This document shows positions 34,608 to 43,050 of a stretch of DNA of 64,000 nt, one piece after another. The notes under the pieces are model-generated. The model searched no databases, was not told the DNA's origin, and was given only the letters and a program-made list of their open reading frames with translations. The first letter of the stretch is position 1. Every line of letters starts with the position of its first letter. The position numbers and the translations under genes are program-made. Where the stretch lies: NCBI GenBank assembly GCA_001789555.1, contig MFZZ01000042.1:11244-75243 (forward strand), given 5' to 3'. This stretch comes from Candidatus Roizmanbacteria bacterium RIFCSPHIGHO2_12_FULL_38_13. Its GTDB lineage: Bacteria; Patescibacteriota; Microgenomatia; UBA1406; GWC2-37-13.

Positions 34608-36737
34608 ATGGAAAATCATACTATAAAATCATTTTATACTTGCCCAATGCATCCAGAAGTTCAGCAGGATAAACCCGGCAGATGTCCAAAATGTGGGATG
34701 GATCTGGTAAAAATTCAAAATGAAATCAGTCATGCACATCATAATATCGATCATTCAGATCATGATCATGAAAGTATGATGGCCACTCCCGATGCAGCAA
34801 GTGATTTTTTACATCGATTTTTTATTGTAACTGCACTATTGGTTCCACTAGCCTTCTTTTCAGAGCCTGCAGTAAAATTTTTAGGCGCTCCTGATTTTGC
34901 CTCAAGACCTTATGTAGAGTTTGGGATTGCTTCGATCATTTTTTACTTTAGTTTGATTTTTTTTCAACACGCGAGTCATGAAGTTAAGTCTCGTCAGTTT
35001 GGGATGATGACACTGGTTTCCTTGGGAGTGGGAGCAGGTTATCTTTTTTCAGCAGCTTCTACTTTTATTCCCGCTATTGAAGTTGAGTTTTATCTGGAAA
35101 TATCAACACTTATTTGGGTACTTTTGTTTGGCCATTTTTTAGAGGCAAAATCATCGTCTGCTGCGGGTGATGCACTTCAGGAGGTAGCGAAACTATTGCC
35201 GAAAGAGGCGCATCTCAAAACCGAAAGTGGAATTACGGAAGTTACTATCGATACACTCAAGGAAGCCGATATCGTTATAGTAAAATCCGGTGAGAAGGTA
35301 CCTGCTGATGGAGAAGTAATAAAAGGCAGCGCTAATTTCAATGAAGCACATATCACCGGAGAATCCAAACCGGTTGAAAAATCTGTAGGGTCACCAGTTG
35401 TTGCCGGCGCGATAAATATTGACGGATCGGTTGAAGTCAAACTACTCCGAGTAGGCGAGTCGTCAACCATCGGTCAAATTAAAAATCTGATCGCCTCTGC
35501 CAAACAAACAAAACCTTCGGTGCAAAAGCTGGCTGACAGAGCCTCTAAAATATTGACGTTTTCGGCTCTCCTGGTGGCGTTTTCTGCTTTAATCGTTTGG
35601 TCACTAATAGTTGGTGAGCCACTTGTATTTGCCGCAACAATGGCTATAACTGTTCTGGTGATTGCCTGTCCTCATGCACTGGGACTTGCGATCCCTACGG
35701 TGTCTACGATCGCGACCAAACTGGCGGTCAATAACGGAGTCTTTATCAAAGACATGGCAAAAATTGAAATAGTAAAAAGTGCCGACTATGTGGTATTTGA
35801 TAAAACCGGTACTCTAACACGCGGAGAGTTTGGAGTAACAGATGTCGAAGTCTTAGATGGAAACCGAGATACATTACTATCCACAGTGGGCAGCATCGAA
35901 AGTCAGTCTTCTCATGTTATCGGAATGGCGATGGTTTCGTATCTCAAGGATAAAAAGATTGTCTTTGAAGAAGCCGAAAATATTAAGAACCTGGCCGGTA
36001 TGGGTATGGAAGGCTCGGTTAACGGTAAAAAGTATTTTGTCGGTAACCAGCGCTTGATGGAAAAGAAAGGACTTATGTCACCGGCTGCTCAAGAAGTTAT
36101 AAACACCTTTTCTCAAGGAGGCAAAACACCGGTATTTGTTGCGGGTGAACAAAAAATATTGGGAATTTTAGGCTTAAGCGATGAGGTTAAAAACGAGTCT
36201 CGTCAGGCTGTGGACGAACTTCACAAACTAGGAGTTAAAGTAGCTATGCTTACGGGCGACACCAAGGCAGCAGCAGCTCCTGTCGGCAAAGAACTTGGTA
36301 TAGATGCCGTTTTTGCCGAAGTTTTACCGGAAGACAAGTATAAACACATCAAAGAACTGCAAGATAAGGGCAATATCGTTTTAATGGCGGGTGATGGAGT
36401 AAATGATGCTCCTGCGCTCACTCAAGCCAATGCGGGAGTGGCGATAGGCGCCGGTACCGATGTTGCAGTTGAGGCAGGTGATATCGTGCTTACCCAAAGT
36501 AATCCGCAACACATTGTGCGTTTAATCATTCTTTCCCGAAAAGTGTATAGAAAGATGGTTGAGAATTTGTTCTGGGCGGTTGGATACAACGTGCTTGCTA
36601 TTCCGGCAGCCGCAGGGCTCTTTATACCTCTTGGGTTTAGACTTACTCCGGCAGTTGGAGCGCTTCTCATGAGTTTATCTTCAGTTATTGTAGTTATTAA
36701 TGCCATGACATTGCGGAAAGCGAAGTTACAAGTTTAG
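34608..36737 (+). CDS. copper-translocating P1B-type ATPase, CPH subtype
   Basis: N-terminal YTCPMHPEVQQDKPGRCPKCGMDL, a His-rich stretch HAHHNIDHSDHDHE, TGES, transmembrane CPH (IACPHALGLA), DKTGTLT and GDGVNDAP. Confidence 0.9.
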   Translation: MENHTIKSFYTCPMHPEVQQDKPGRCPKCGMDLVKIQNEISHAHHNIDHSDHDHESMMATPDAASDFLHRFFIVTALLVPLAFFSEPAVKFLGAPDFASRPYVEFGIASIIFYFSLIFFQHASHEVKSRQFGMMTLVSLGVGAGYLFSAASTFIPAIEVEFYLEISTLIWVLLFGHFLEAKSSSAAGDALQEVAKLLPKEAHLKTESGITEVTIDTLKEADIVIVKSGEKVPADGEVIKGSANFNEAHITGESKPVEKSVGSPVVAGAINIDGSVEVKLLRVGESSTIGQIKNLIASAKQTKPSVQKLADRASKILTFSALLVAFSALIVWSLIVGEPLVFAATMAITVLVIACPHALGLAIPTVSTIATKLAVNNGVFIKDMAKIEIVKSADYVVFDKTGTLTRGEFGVTDVEVLDGNRDTLLSTVGSIESQSSHVIGMAMVSYLKDKKIVFEEAENIKNLAGMGMEGSVNGKKYFVGNQRLMEKKGLMSPAAQEVINTFSQGGKTPVFVAGEQKILGILGLSDEVKNESRQAVDELHKLGVKVAMLTGDTKAAAAPVGKELGIDAVFAEVLPEDKYKHIKELQDKGNIVLMAGDGVNDAPALTQANAGVAIGAGTDVAVEAGDIVLTQSNPQHIVRLIILSRKVYRKMVENLFWAVGYNVLAIPAAAGLFIPLGFRLTPAVGALLMSLSSVIVVINAMTLRKAKLQV

Positions 36738-36765
36738 CCTGTCCACTTATCATATATTGATGATG

Positions 36766-37473
36766 TCATTTTAAATCTTTCTTCTTTTCCTCAAATTCCT
36801 TTTTATCAATTTCACCTTTAGCGTAGCGTTCTTTGAGAATATCTAAAGCCGATCTGTCATGTGTTTGGCTTTTGCCTTGATTTGCAGTCCATTTTATCAA
36901 GGCGACAATGCCTAAGATAATCAGACCCCAAAATAAGATCATAAAAATCCAGCCAAAACCCCAACCGTATGTTCCCATTGGATTACCCGCAAAATTACCC
37001 ATCATACCATTTCCACCTCCTTCCTGCGTCCCGTAGAAGGCTGTTAACATATCTTGTGGCATGGGTGCGTTTGGTTCACAGCCACTCATGCGTTTGCCCA
37101 TGGCAATATGCATTTGTTCCTCTCCTTCGCTTCCCAACATCTGGGTTAGTCTGTCATTCATTGCCTCATGGGAATCACCCATCATCTGCCCCATGAAATA
37201 CTCGCCAAGAGCTCCAAAGTCATCATTAGATAGATCTACGCATTTTAACTCTTTGCTTTGAAGTTTTTTCCAGACTTCTTTTCCTGCGGCTTCTTCACGG
37301 GCGGTATGACCCGCCTGCGCCGTTGCTTCGGTGGGCAGGCCGTTATCGTTTTGAGTTACCGTATCAACTTTGCCCATCATGTTGTTTCCCATCATCCCTT
37401 GGGCAAAGGAGTGAAGGGGGAAAAACAGTATCAAACTTAAAATTAATATGGCAAGAGAAAACTGTATTTTCAT
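36766..37473 (-). CDS. secreted Met/His-rich protein with a transmembrane segment and C-terminal SHOCT domain
   Basis: Signal peptide, MMGNNMMG / QMMGDSHEAMN / GNGMMGNFAGNPMG stretches, one transmembrane segment, and ALDILKERYAKGEIDKKEFEEKKKDL (SHOCT-like). Confidence 0.55.
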   Translation of the reverse strand: MKIQFSLAILILSLILFFPLHSFAQGMMGNNMMGKVDTVTQNDNGLPTEATAQAGHTAREEAAGKEVWKKLQSKELKCVDLSNDDFGALGEYFMGQMMGDSHEAMNDRLTQMLGSEGEEQMHIAMGKRMSGCEPNAPMPQDMLTAFYGTQEGGGNGMMGNFAGNPMGTYGWGFGWIFMILFWGLIILGIVALIKWTANQGKSQTHDRSALDILKERYAKGEIDKKEFEEKKKDLK

Positions 37474-37513
37474 AAATTATTTTGCTTTGTCAATAATACT
37501 TCCTTCTCTTTAT

Positions 37514-37834
37514 TTAAAAAGTTATTACTTTATCGCTATCAGCAATCAAATTGTATAAATCTTCAATTCCTCCTGCCAGACATTCCTGACTGCTCTCCTG
37601 TTTACGTATTGCCATACACGTGCCACAAGCGACAATCTTACCTCCTGGTTCCAGGAATTTTTGTACCTGTTTAGTGATGTTAAATTGAGCAGAAGTATGC
37701 TTTCCGTATTCGACACCCTCACCAATAAGAAAAACGGAAACAGTATCACCCTTACCAATCGCCAGATTTGCCAACCTAAACGCATTCCAATTGGTTTCCA
37801 CGTTGCTACTTGAAAGGACAATAGCTAGCTTCAT
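37514..37834 (-). CDS. DsrE/DsrF-like family protein
   Basis: 106 aa with MKLAIVLSS..., FLIGEGV and ACGTCM blocks. Confidence 0.5.
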   Translation of the reverse strand: MKLAIVLSSSNVETNWNAFRLANLAIGKGDTVSVFLIGEGVEYGKHTSAQFNITKQVQKFLEPGGKIVACGTCMAIRKQESSQECLAGGIEDLYNLIADSDKVITF

Positions 37835-37879
37835 ATTCTTATTGTATCAATTTTCAGGAATCGATCAGAAGCCAAGATT

Positions 37880-38062
37880 TTATTTACAAGTACACAAAGC
37901 TTCTGCTTGACCACAACCGGTGCATTTCGGCATACAGTTTCGATCCGATGCCGGTTCGCCATGTTTGTGATTTGCATCATGAGCATCTGATTCCTCACCA
38001 CAAATAGCACATTTCCAGCCTTTTGCCTCCATTTCGCATTTGGAACATTTCATATTATTCAC
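37880..38062 (-). CDS. Cys/His-rich miniprotein (metallothionein- or zinc-ribbon-like)
   Basis: 60 aa with 9 Cys in CxxC, CxxC, CxxxC-x2-C and CxC spacing, plus 4 His. Confidence 0.45.
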   Translation of the reverse strand: MNNMKCSKCEMEAKGWKCAICGEESDAHDANHKHGEPASDRNCMPKCTGCGQAEALCTCK

Positions 38063-38073
38063 CTTCTTTCTAT

Positions 38074-38718
38074 TTAGTAATTTACATAATACTTAATATC
38101 CGCTGATGTTTTAAAGGTAGTAACCCATGACTGGACTTCCTGCTGGAATTTCTGTTGTATTAACTGATCCATTATCTGTTTTTTTGTTTCGGCTTCTTTT
38201 CCCTCTTCTATTGGAATTTCATTTTCGGCAATATACTTATTCACTTCTGCATCAGTTACTTTTAGCTTATCCGCGAAAAGTTTTTCAATTATTTTCTGGT
38301 TTTTTACACTTTCTCTTAAACTTTCTTTAGTCATTCCCTGTTGAAGGAGTGCCTGCTCAAGTGTACCACCTTGCTCCGTAACCGAAGCTTCAATTGTTTT
38401 AATTTCCTGATTTACTTCATCTTCCGATATAATAATTCCTTTCTTTTTCGCTTCATTTTTTATGAGTGTATCAGTAATAAGTGAGTCAAGAATACTTTTA
38501 CCACCTTGTTTTTCTAATTTCTGAATGACACTTAATCTACTGATTGGCTGACCATTTACAGTTGCAGCTACAAATACTCCTTTAAAGAAATATGATATTA
38601 CAAGAATAATCCCTAGTATCGCTATACCAATCAAAGTCCTCTTATTTTTAAATTTGTCCAAAGGACCTGATTCAGTAGGCTCTCCATTTTCTTTAGATTT
38701 CATTGATTTATTTTTCAT
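38074..38718 (-). CDS. SurA N-terminal-domain-like periplasmic chaperone
   Basis: Membrane anchor, VAATVNGQPISRLSV, and repeated helical ...EVNQEI... / ...EVNKYI... blocks. Confidence 0.5.
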   Translation of the reverse strand: MKNKSMKSKENGEPTESGPLDKFKNKRTLIGIAILGIILVISYFFKGVFVAATVNGQPISRLSVIQKLEKQGGKSILDSLITDTLIKNEAKKKGIIISEDEVNQEIKTIEASVTEQGGTLEQALLQQGMTKESLRESVKNQKIIEKLFADKLKVTDAEVNKYIAENEIPIEEGKEAETKKQIMDQLIQQKFQQEVQSWVTTFKTSADIKYYVNY

Positions 38719-38741
38719 AAATATTTAAATTAGATAATTAG

Positions 38742-38842
38742 TAACTCATGTTACGCATCACACGTCATGCTGAATTCATTTCAGCATCCCATCGAGATCC
38801 TGAAACAAGTTCAGGATGACGATAAATGCGTAAGGTGAGTTA
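38742..38842. mobile_element. MITE-like element: 17-bp terminal inverted repeats around two hairpin modules
   Basis: TAACTCATGTTACGCAT ... ATGCGTAAGGTGAGTTA (15 of 17 complementary). The core is CGTCATGCTGAA-TTCAT-TTCAGCAT and ATCCTGAA-ACAAG-TTCAGGATGACG. Confidence 0.6.
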
Positions 38843-39065
38843 GTAAAATACTACTATAATTTGTGGGCATTTCCATCAGATTTTAATTGTACTATTTTAA
38901 ATAGCGATCAAAAAATTCAATCGTTCTTTTAGAAATTATATCCCATCAAAGATTAACAAAGTTATGATCTTGTCTAAAGGCTTTTCCTGCTTTTTTGTGA
39001 TTCGATTGAATGCGAAGTTATTTCAAGATTACATTGGACATTGAAAGATTTTATGCATAGAATAT

Positions 39066-39704
39066 TTAATGGTTATCAATTCCTCGAAAGCTTTTAATAA
39101 ATGTTTGTATTCTTTCTTCATCAAACTCATCCAGTGTATCTATGCGAGTCCATGCGGTAAGCCCAAGACGTGACTCCATGTCATGATATGGAGCCAATAT
39201 TACTTTTTCATTATATTTTTTTACAATCTCTTCTAGTTGTTTAATGAGCTTTTGGCAGTCGTCTTTTTTTGTATCACAATTGTATTGAATCATTACGCCA
39301 CCATCTTCAAGATTGTGAATCTGCAGTTCATCGGGTATTGGCTCATCATGGATTCCCCACTTCGCAATAGATCCGATGTGAGGCCCGGATGTAGGTGGCT
39401 TTGAATTATATTCCTCATGAAGTGTGTCAACAGAGTCGATATGTCTGTTACCCATAGATTGTACAAATGTACCCGGAAGAGGTTTACCGAAATTTTTGAT
39501 AAAGATATATAAACCGTACCCAAGCAATCCAATAAGGATACTTATAACCACGTATACGGCAATCTTTTTTAAATTTATTTTTTTTTGCGACTTTCCCTTC
39601 TGCAGTTTTTTTTCTAGCTTTTCAAGATATCTTCTTTCACGTCTTGTTAGATGATCTTTTGTTTTTAACTCTTCAATCTGTTTTCCAACATCTTCAGTTT
39701 CCAT
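39066..39704 (-). CDS. DUF3105-like membrane-anchored protein
   Basis: KPPTSGPH and HNLEDGGVMIQY blocks after a Lys-rich N-terminus and one transmembrane segment. Confidence 0.55.
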   Translation of the reverse strand: METEDVGKQIEELKTKDHLTRRERRYLEKLEKKLQKGKSQKKINLKKIAVYVVISILIGLLGYGLYIFIKNFGKPLPGTFVQSMGNRHIDSVDTLHEEYNSKPPTSGPHIGSIAKWGIHDEPIPDELQIHNLEDGGVMIQYNCDTKKDDCQKLIKQLEEIVKKYNEKVILAPYHDMESRLGLTAWTRIDTLDEFDEERIQTFIKSFRGIDNH

Positions 39705-39707
39705 AAT

Positions 39708-40220
39708 TTATTTTACAACTTTGCACACATCGCAAAGATTAAGGATTTTTCTTGATGTGAAATAAACCGATAATAGAATAAATATTATTGATAATAAGAC
39801 GATTTGAAATCGATATGCAAGTAAAAATGTCACAGTTCCGATTCCTAAGAATCCCAAGATTGTTGATGCGCATGCAACACAGGTGATTGATCCAAAAAAA
39901 GATGAGATAATACCAAATCCACCGGTAACTGACATCATGCCGAGCTTCTTAACTTGTTTATCTCTCTCACGATTGAATACATATAGATTAAGCATAATTG
40001 AGACTCCTGTCAGCAGACCAAGTAGCGCAATAGTGCCATAATCCCGTGGCGGCATAATGCTTAGCTGGAATGCGAGATCATTTCCGGGAACTAAAAGCAG
40101 CGGAATGGCAATGATCATGATAAAGATTATCAGTGCTGTCACCACAGCCCCGAGAAGATATGTCTTCTTTTGAAACACGATCTTCAATGCTTCAATTATG
40201 ACCGAAATATGATACTTCAT
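39708..40220 (-). CDS. membrane protein with a transmembrane CxxC module
   Basis: GSITCVACASTILGFLGIG. Same layout as the N-terminal part of the 31151-32557 protein. Confidence 0.45.
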   Translation of the reverse strand: MKYHISVIIEALKIVFQKKTYLLGAVVTALIIFIMIIAIPLLLVPGNDLAFQLSIMPPRDYGTIALLGLLTGVSIMLNLYVFNRERDKQVKKLGMMSVTGGFGIISSFFGSITCVACASTILGFLGIGTVTFLLAYRFQIVLLSIIFILLSVYFTSRKILNLCDVCKVVK

Positions 40221-40222
40221 CC

Positions 40223-40999
40223 TTAAAGTAAAGCATCAATTTGTCGTTTGACATCTTCAAACGGAAATGCTCCCCCGATGAAATCACGTTTACCATCTTT
40301 AGTCACGATGACCGTTCCGGGTGTACCTTGAACTCCTGCGTCTGTACCACCAACCATTTCGTCCTGTATATGCTTAGCATATTTTCCAGAATCGAGACAT
40401 GATTGAAACTTAGTTCCATCTATACCAACCTCTTCCGCGAGTGGCCGAAGCTGATCAAGAGCAAACCCGGTACCGTTTGACGTTGTCCTTTCGAATATTT
40501 TATCAATATAAGAAAAGAATGCATCGTTTCCTCCCAGTTCACCAACGCATTCTGCTGCTTCGTCTTCCTTCTGGGCATTCTGATGGAAGGAAAGCGGGAA
40601 GTGACGGTAGACCCAGGCTACATCACTACCATACTCATCCGTGACTTGTTGCATAGTTGTGTGGAACCTTTTGCAGAATGGACATTCTAAGTCTGAATAT
40701 TCAACAAGAAGGATTTTGGCATTGATATCTCCGCGAATGTGATCTTTTTCCATCACTTTTGGCATTTTTGAAAGGTCTTGTGGAGGTTGGGGTGGAGGTT
40801 GATTTGCTGGCTCGCCGGCTTGCACTATCGTATTTTGTTTCGCCTCCAGTTTGTTTACTTTAAATAAAGTGTACGCATTTAGGCCAAGAACAGCAATAAG
40901 AGCAAGAATTATAAGTTTGTTAGCATCAAAACCAGATTTACGGTTTGAGCTTTTTGTATCAGATTGTTCTACTGTTAAAATGGACTTTTTTAGAACCAT
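40223..40999 (-). CDS. DsbA-family thioredoxin-fold protein
   Basis: Membrane anchor, Pro/Gln linker, and EYSDLECPFCKRFH (CPFC active site). Confidence 0.75.
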   Translation of the reverse strand: MVLKKSILTVEQSDTKSSNRKSGFDANKLIILALIAVLGLNAYTLFKVNKLEAKQNTIVQAGEPANQPPPQPPQDLSKMPKVMEKDHIRGDINAKILLVEYSDLECPFCKRFHTTMQQVTDEYGSDVAWVYRHFPLSFHQNAQKEDEAAECVGELGGNDAFFSYIDKIFERTTSNGTGFALDQLRPLAEEVGIDGTKFQSCLDSGKYAKHIQDEMVGGTDAGVQGTPGTVIVTKDGKRDFIGGAFPFEDVKRQIDALL

Positions 41000-41018
41000 A
41001 AAGTAAAAGAATTGTTAA

Positions 41019-41035
41019 TACTACAAACTGTAGTA
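41019..41035. promoter_or_regulatory. BlaI/CopY-type operator-like palindrome TACTACA-AAC-TGTAGTA
   Basis: Perfect 7-3-7 inverted repeat containing TACA/TGTA, 20 nt upstream of the dsbA-like start. Confidence 0.5.
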
Positions 41036-41058
41036 GATTAAAAGTACGAAGTCAAGCG

Positions 41059-41931
41059 TTATTTTAGTTGAGAAGAATAAAGGTTGTTATGATTTTCACC
41101 GCATTGTTCTACAGTATTTGCCGACACAGTCTGAGTCTCAAACGGGATAAAGAGTAAGGATAGCAACAAACAAACAGACAAAATCGATGCCGCGAGGTGT
41201 CGTATAGAGACCTTGTAAGTGCGACGAGAATAAAAACCAGGGTAGTAAGCAGGAAGAGGTTCACCCACCATAATAGCCAATGCACGTTGTAAGTGTTGAG
41301 ACGAACTCTGTGAACGTAAAACAGCAGTATCCGCCTCCTTCTCAAACTGAGTTTTTAATGTATAGAATAATAATTTGAATATTGGAATAAATATCAATGT
41401 AGAAACGATAATGTCTGAAGTGAAAAGCCATAAATTATGCTTATGCTCAAGATGATATTTTTCATGGATAAGTACGGCTTCTAACTCTTTGTCCAGCATG
41501 GCATCCACTAGACCTGTAGAGATAAATATCTTTGGCAATAATAAACCACCGGTAAATACAATCTCTTTCTTTGAAAGTAGTAAAATAATTTTATCGTACG
41601 CTATTTCAGCGGTCGTTCGTGCATTTTTCAGTTTAAAGGGTTCATGATGGACTCTTTTCTGCAATAATACCTCAAGGTTTTTTTGTGTTTTAACAAATGA
41701 AAAAAGAGCCCTTGTCAGGAACAAAAATCCAAGTAATATAATTCCGGCAGAAACACCAAAGCCTACAAAGTGTATGCCGGTTGTGAAGACCGATGTAACC
41801 GCTTGATGACAAATATTATATATGTGTGCAAATGTGAGTTGACTGTACTTCTGTAGTGTGAGTGAAAGCAAGACAATAATTCCACTAAATGACACCAAAA
41901 TAATGGAGGATGTAAGAGTACTTTTTTTCAT
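41059..41931 (-). CDS. M56-family (BlaR1-like) membrane metalloprotease lacking a sensor domain
   Basis: Transmembrane segments and HEKYHLEH (HExxH). Only 290 aa, with no penicillin-binding-type C-terminal domain. Confidence 0.65.
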   Translation of the reverse strand: MKKSTLTSSIILVSFSGIIVLLSLTLQKYSQLTFAHIYNICHQAVTSVFTTGIHFVGFGVSAGIILLGFLFLTRALFSFVKTQKNLEVLLQKRVHHEPFKLKNARTTAEIAYDKIILLLSKKEIVFTGGLLLPKIFISTGLVDAMLDKELEAVLIHEKYHLEHKHNLWLFTSDIIVSTLIFIPIFKLLFYTLKTQFEKEADTAVLRSQSSSQHLQRALAIMVGEPLPAYYPGFYSRRTYKVSIRHLAASILSVCLLLSLLFIPFETQTVSANTVEQCGENHNNLYSSQLK

Positions 41932-41942
41932 ACTGATAATGA

Positions 41943-42275
41943 TTATTTATGTATTTTTTCCAGTTCATCTGTGAATGCGACTACGGCTTCTCTTCCGAAC
42001 TGATTAACAAGTGAACCGATTACCGATTTAACAGAGTTGTGGACTACCTGCTTTCTGGAATGATATGGAGTGTATCTGTAGGCTTTACCATCTTTTGTAC
42101 GTTTTAATAATCCCTTTTCAACCAGACGATACATAATAGTCATTACTGTTGTGTAAGCGATCTCTCTTCCTTTCCGAAGTATTTTTAGAACATCGCTTAC
42201 GCTGGCCTCTTTTTTCCCCCAGATAATATCCATAATTTTTTTTTCAAGCGGGCCCAATGAGTATATTTCATTCAT
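41943..42275 (-). CDS. BlaI/MecI/CopY-family transcriptional repressor
   Basis: LGPLEKKIMDIIW...YTTVMTIMYRLVEKGLLKR winged-helix block. Confidence 0.75.
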   Translation of the reverse strand: MNEIYSLGPLEKKIMDIIWGKKEASVSDVLKILRKGREIAYTTVMTIMYRLVEKGLLKRTKDGKAYRYTPYHSRKQVVHNSVKSVIGSLVNQFGREAVVAFTDELEKIHK

Positions 42276-42276
42276 A

Positions 42277-42293
42277 TACTACAGATTATAGTA
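42277..42293. promoter_or_regulatory. second BlaI/CopY-type operator-like box TACTACA-GAT-TATAGTA
   Basis: Lies 2 nt upstream of the blaI-like ATG. The 22-mer ATACTACAGATTATAGTAGATG closely matches ATACTACAAACTGTAGTAGATT at 41017-41038. Confidence 0.5.
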
Positions 42294-42384
42294 GATGAAA
42301 ATAAATGAGACAATAGCCATTGATCAATTAAGGTACTTTACTATCTTCATCAAATCTTAACCGCCTATTTAGTATCATATACTC

Positions 42385-43050
42385 ATGAGAATTTTACTTG
42401 TTGAGGATGAAAAAAAATTATCGGATGTCATAAAAAAGGGTTTAATCGAAGAGGGTTATGCCGTTGATCAAGCATTTAACGGGGAAGAAGGACTGTATCT
42501 TGCAGAATCCGAAAGTTATGACGTGATTATTCTAGACATAATGCTGCCTAAATTGGATGGCATGACCATATGCCGCGAACTTCGTAAAAAAGGGATTGTT
42601 ATTCCTGTTCTCATGCTCACCGCAAAAACACGGGTGGAAGATAAAGTTACAGGATTAAATGTTGGTGCGGATGATTACTTGACCAAACCATTTGAGTTTA
42701 TCGAACTTAAATCAAGGATCCATGCTCTGATTCGTCGTTCATCTCAGAAACCCATTTCTACAATATCAATTGGTGACATTGAGATCGACACCGTCAAACG
42801 GATAGTCAAAAAGGATGGAAAAGAAATAATATTCACCCCAAAAGAATTTGCAATTTTAGAATTTTTAGCTCGACACAAAGACGAAGTTGTCACCCGTACC
42901 CAGATCACGGAACATATTTGGGACTATAATTTTGAAGGTCTTTCCAATGTCGTCGATGTATTTATTGCTTCACTTAGAAAAAAACTGAAGACAAAAATTA
43001 TTCAAACGGTGCACGGCATCGGATACAAATTAACCGAAATAAAAGTATGA
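42385..43050 (+). CDS. OmpR-family response regulator
   Basis: Receiver domain (ILLVEDE, DVIILDIMLP, LTAK) plus a winged-helix output (GIGYKL). Confidence 0.9.
   Translation: MRILLVEDEKKLSDVIKKGLIEEGYAVDQAFNGEEGLYLAESESYDVIILDIMLPKLDGMTICRELRKKGIVIPVLMLTAKTRVEDKVTGLNVGADDYLTKPFEFIELKSRIHALIRRSSQKPISTISIGDIEIDTVKRIVKKDGKEIIFTPKEFAILEFLARHKDEVVTRTQITEHIWDYNFEGLSNVVDVFIASLRKKLKTKIIQTVHGIGYKLTEIKV

Noticed and set aside
35177-36706. Antisense ORFs inside the P-type ATPase (35177-35470, 36221-36421, 36422-36706), and similar ones inside argG, argH, malic enzyme, the Met-rich protein gene and DUF2130 (e.g. 56447-56926).
   Set aside because: These have low-complexity Ser/Ala/Thr-rich translations opposite strongly conserved genes. 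Such ORFs are typical artefacts of locally higher GC or codon bias.
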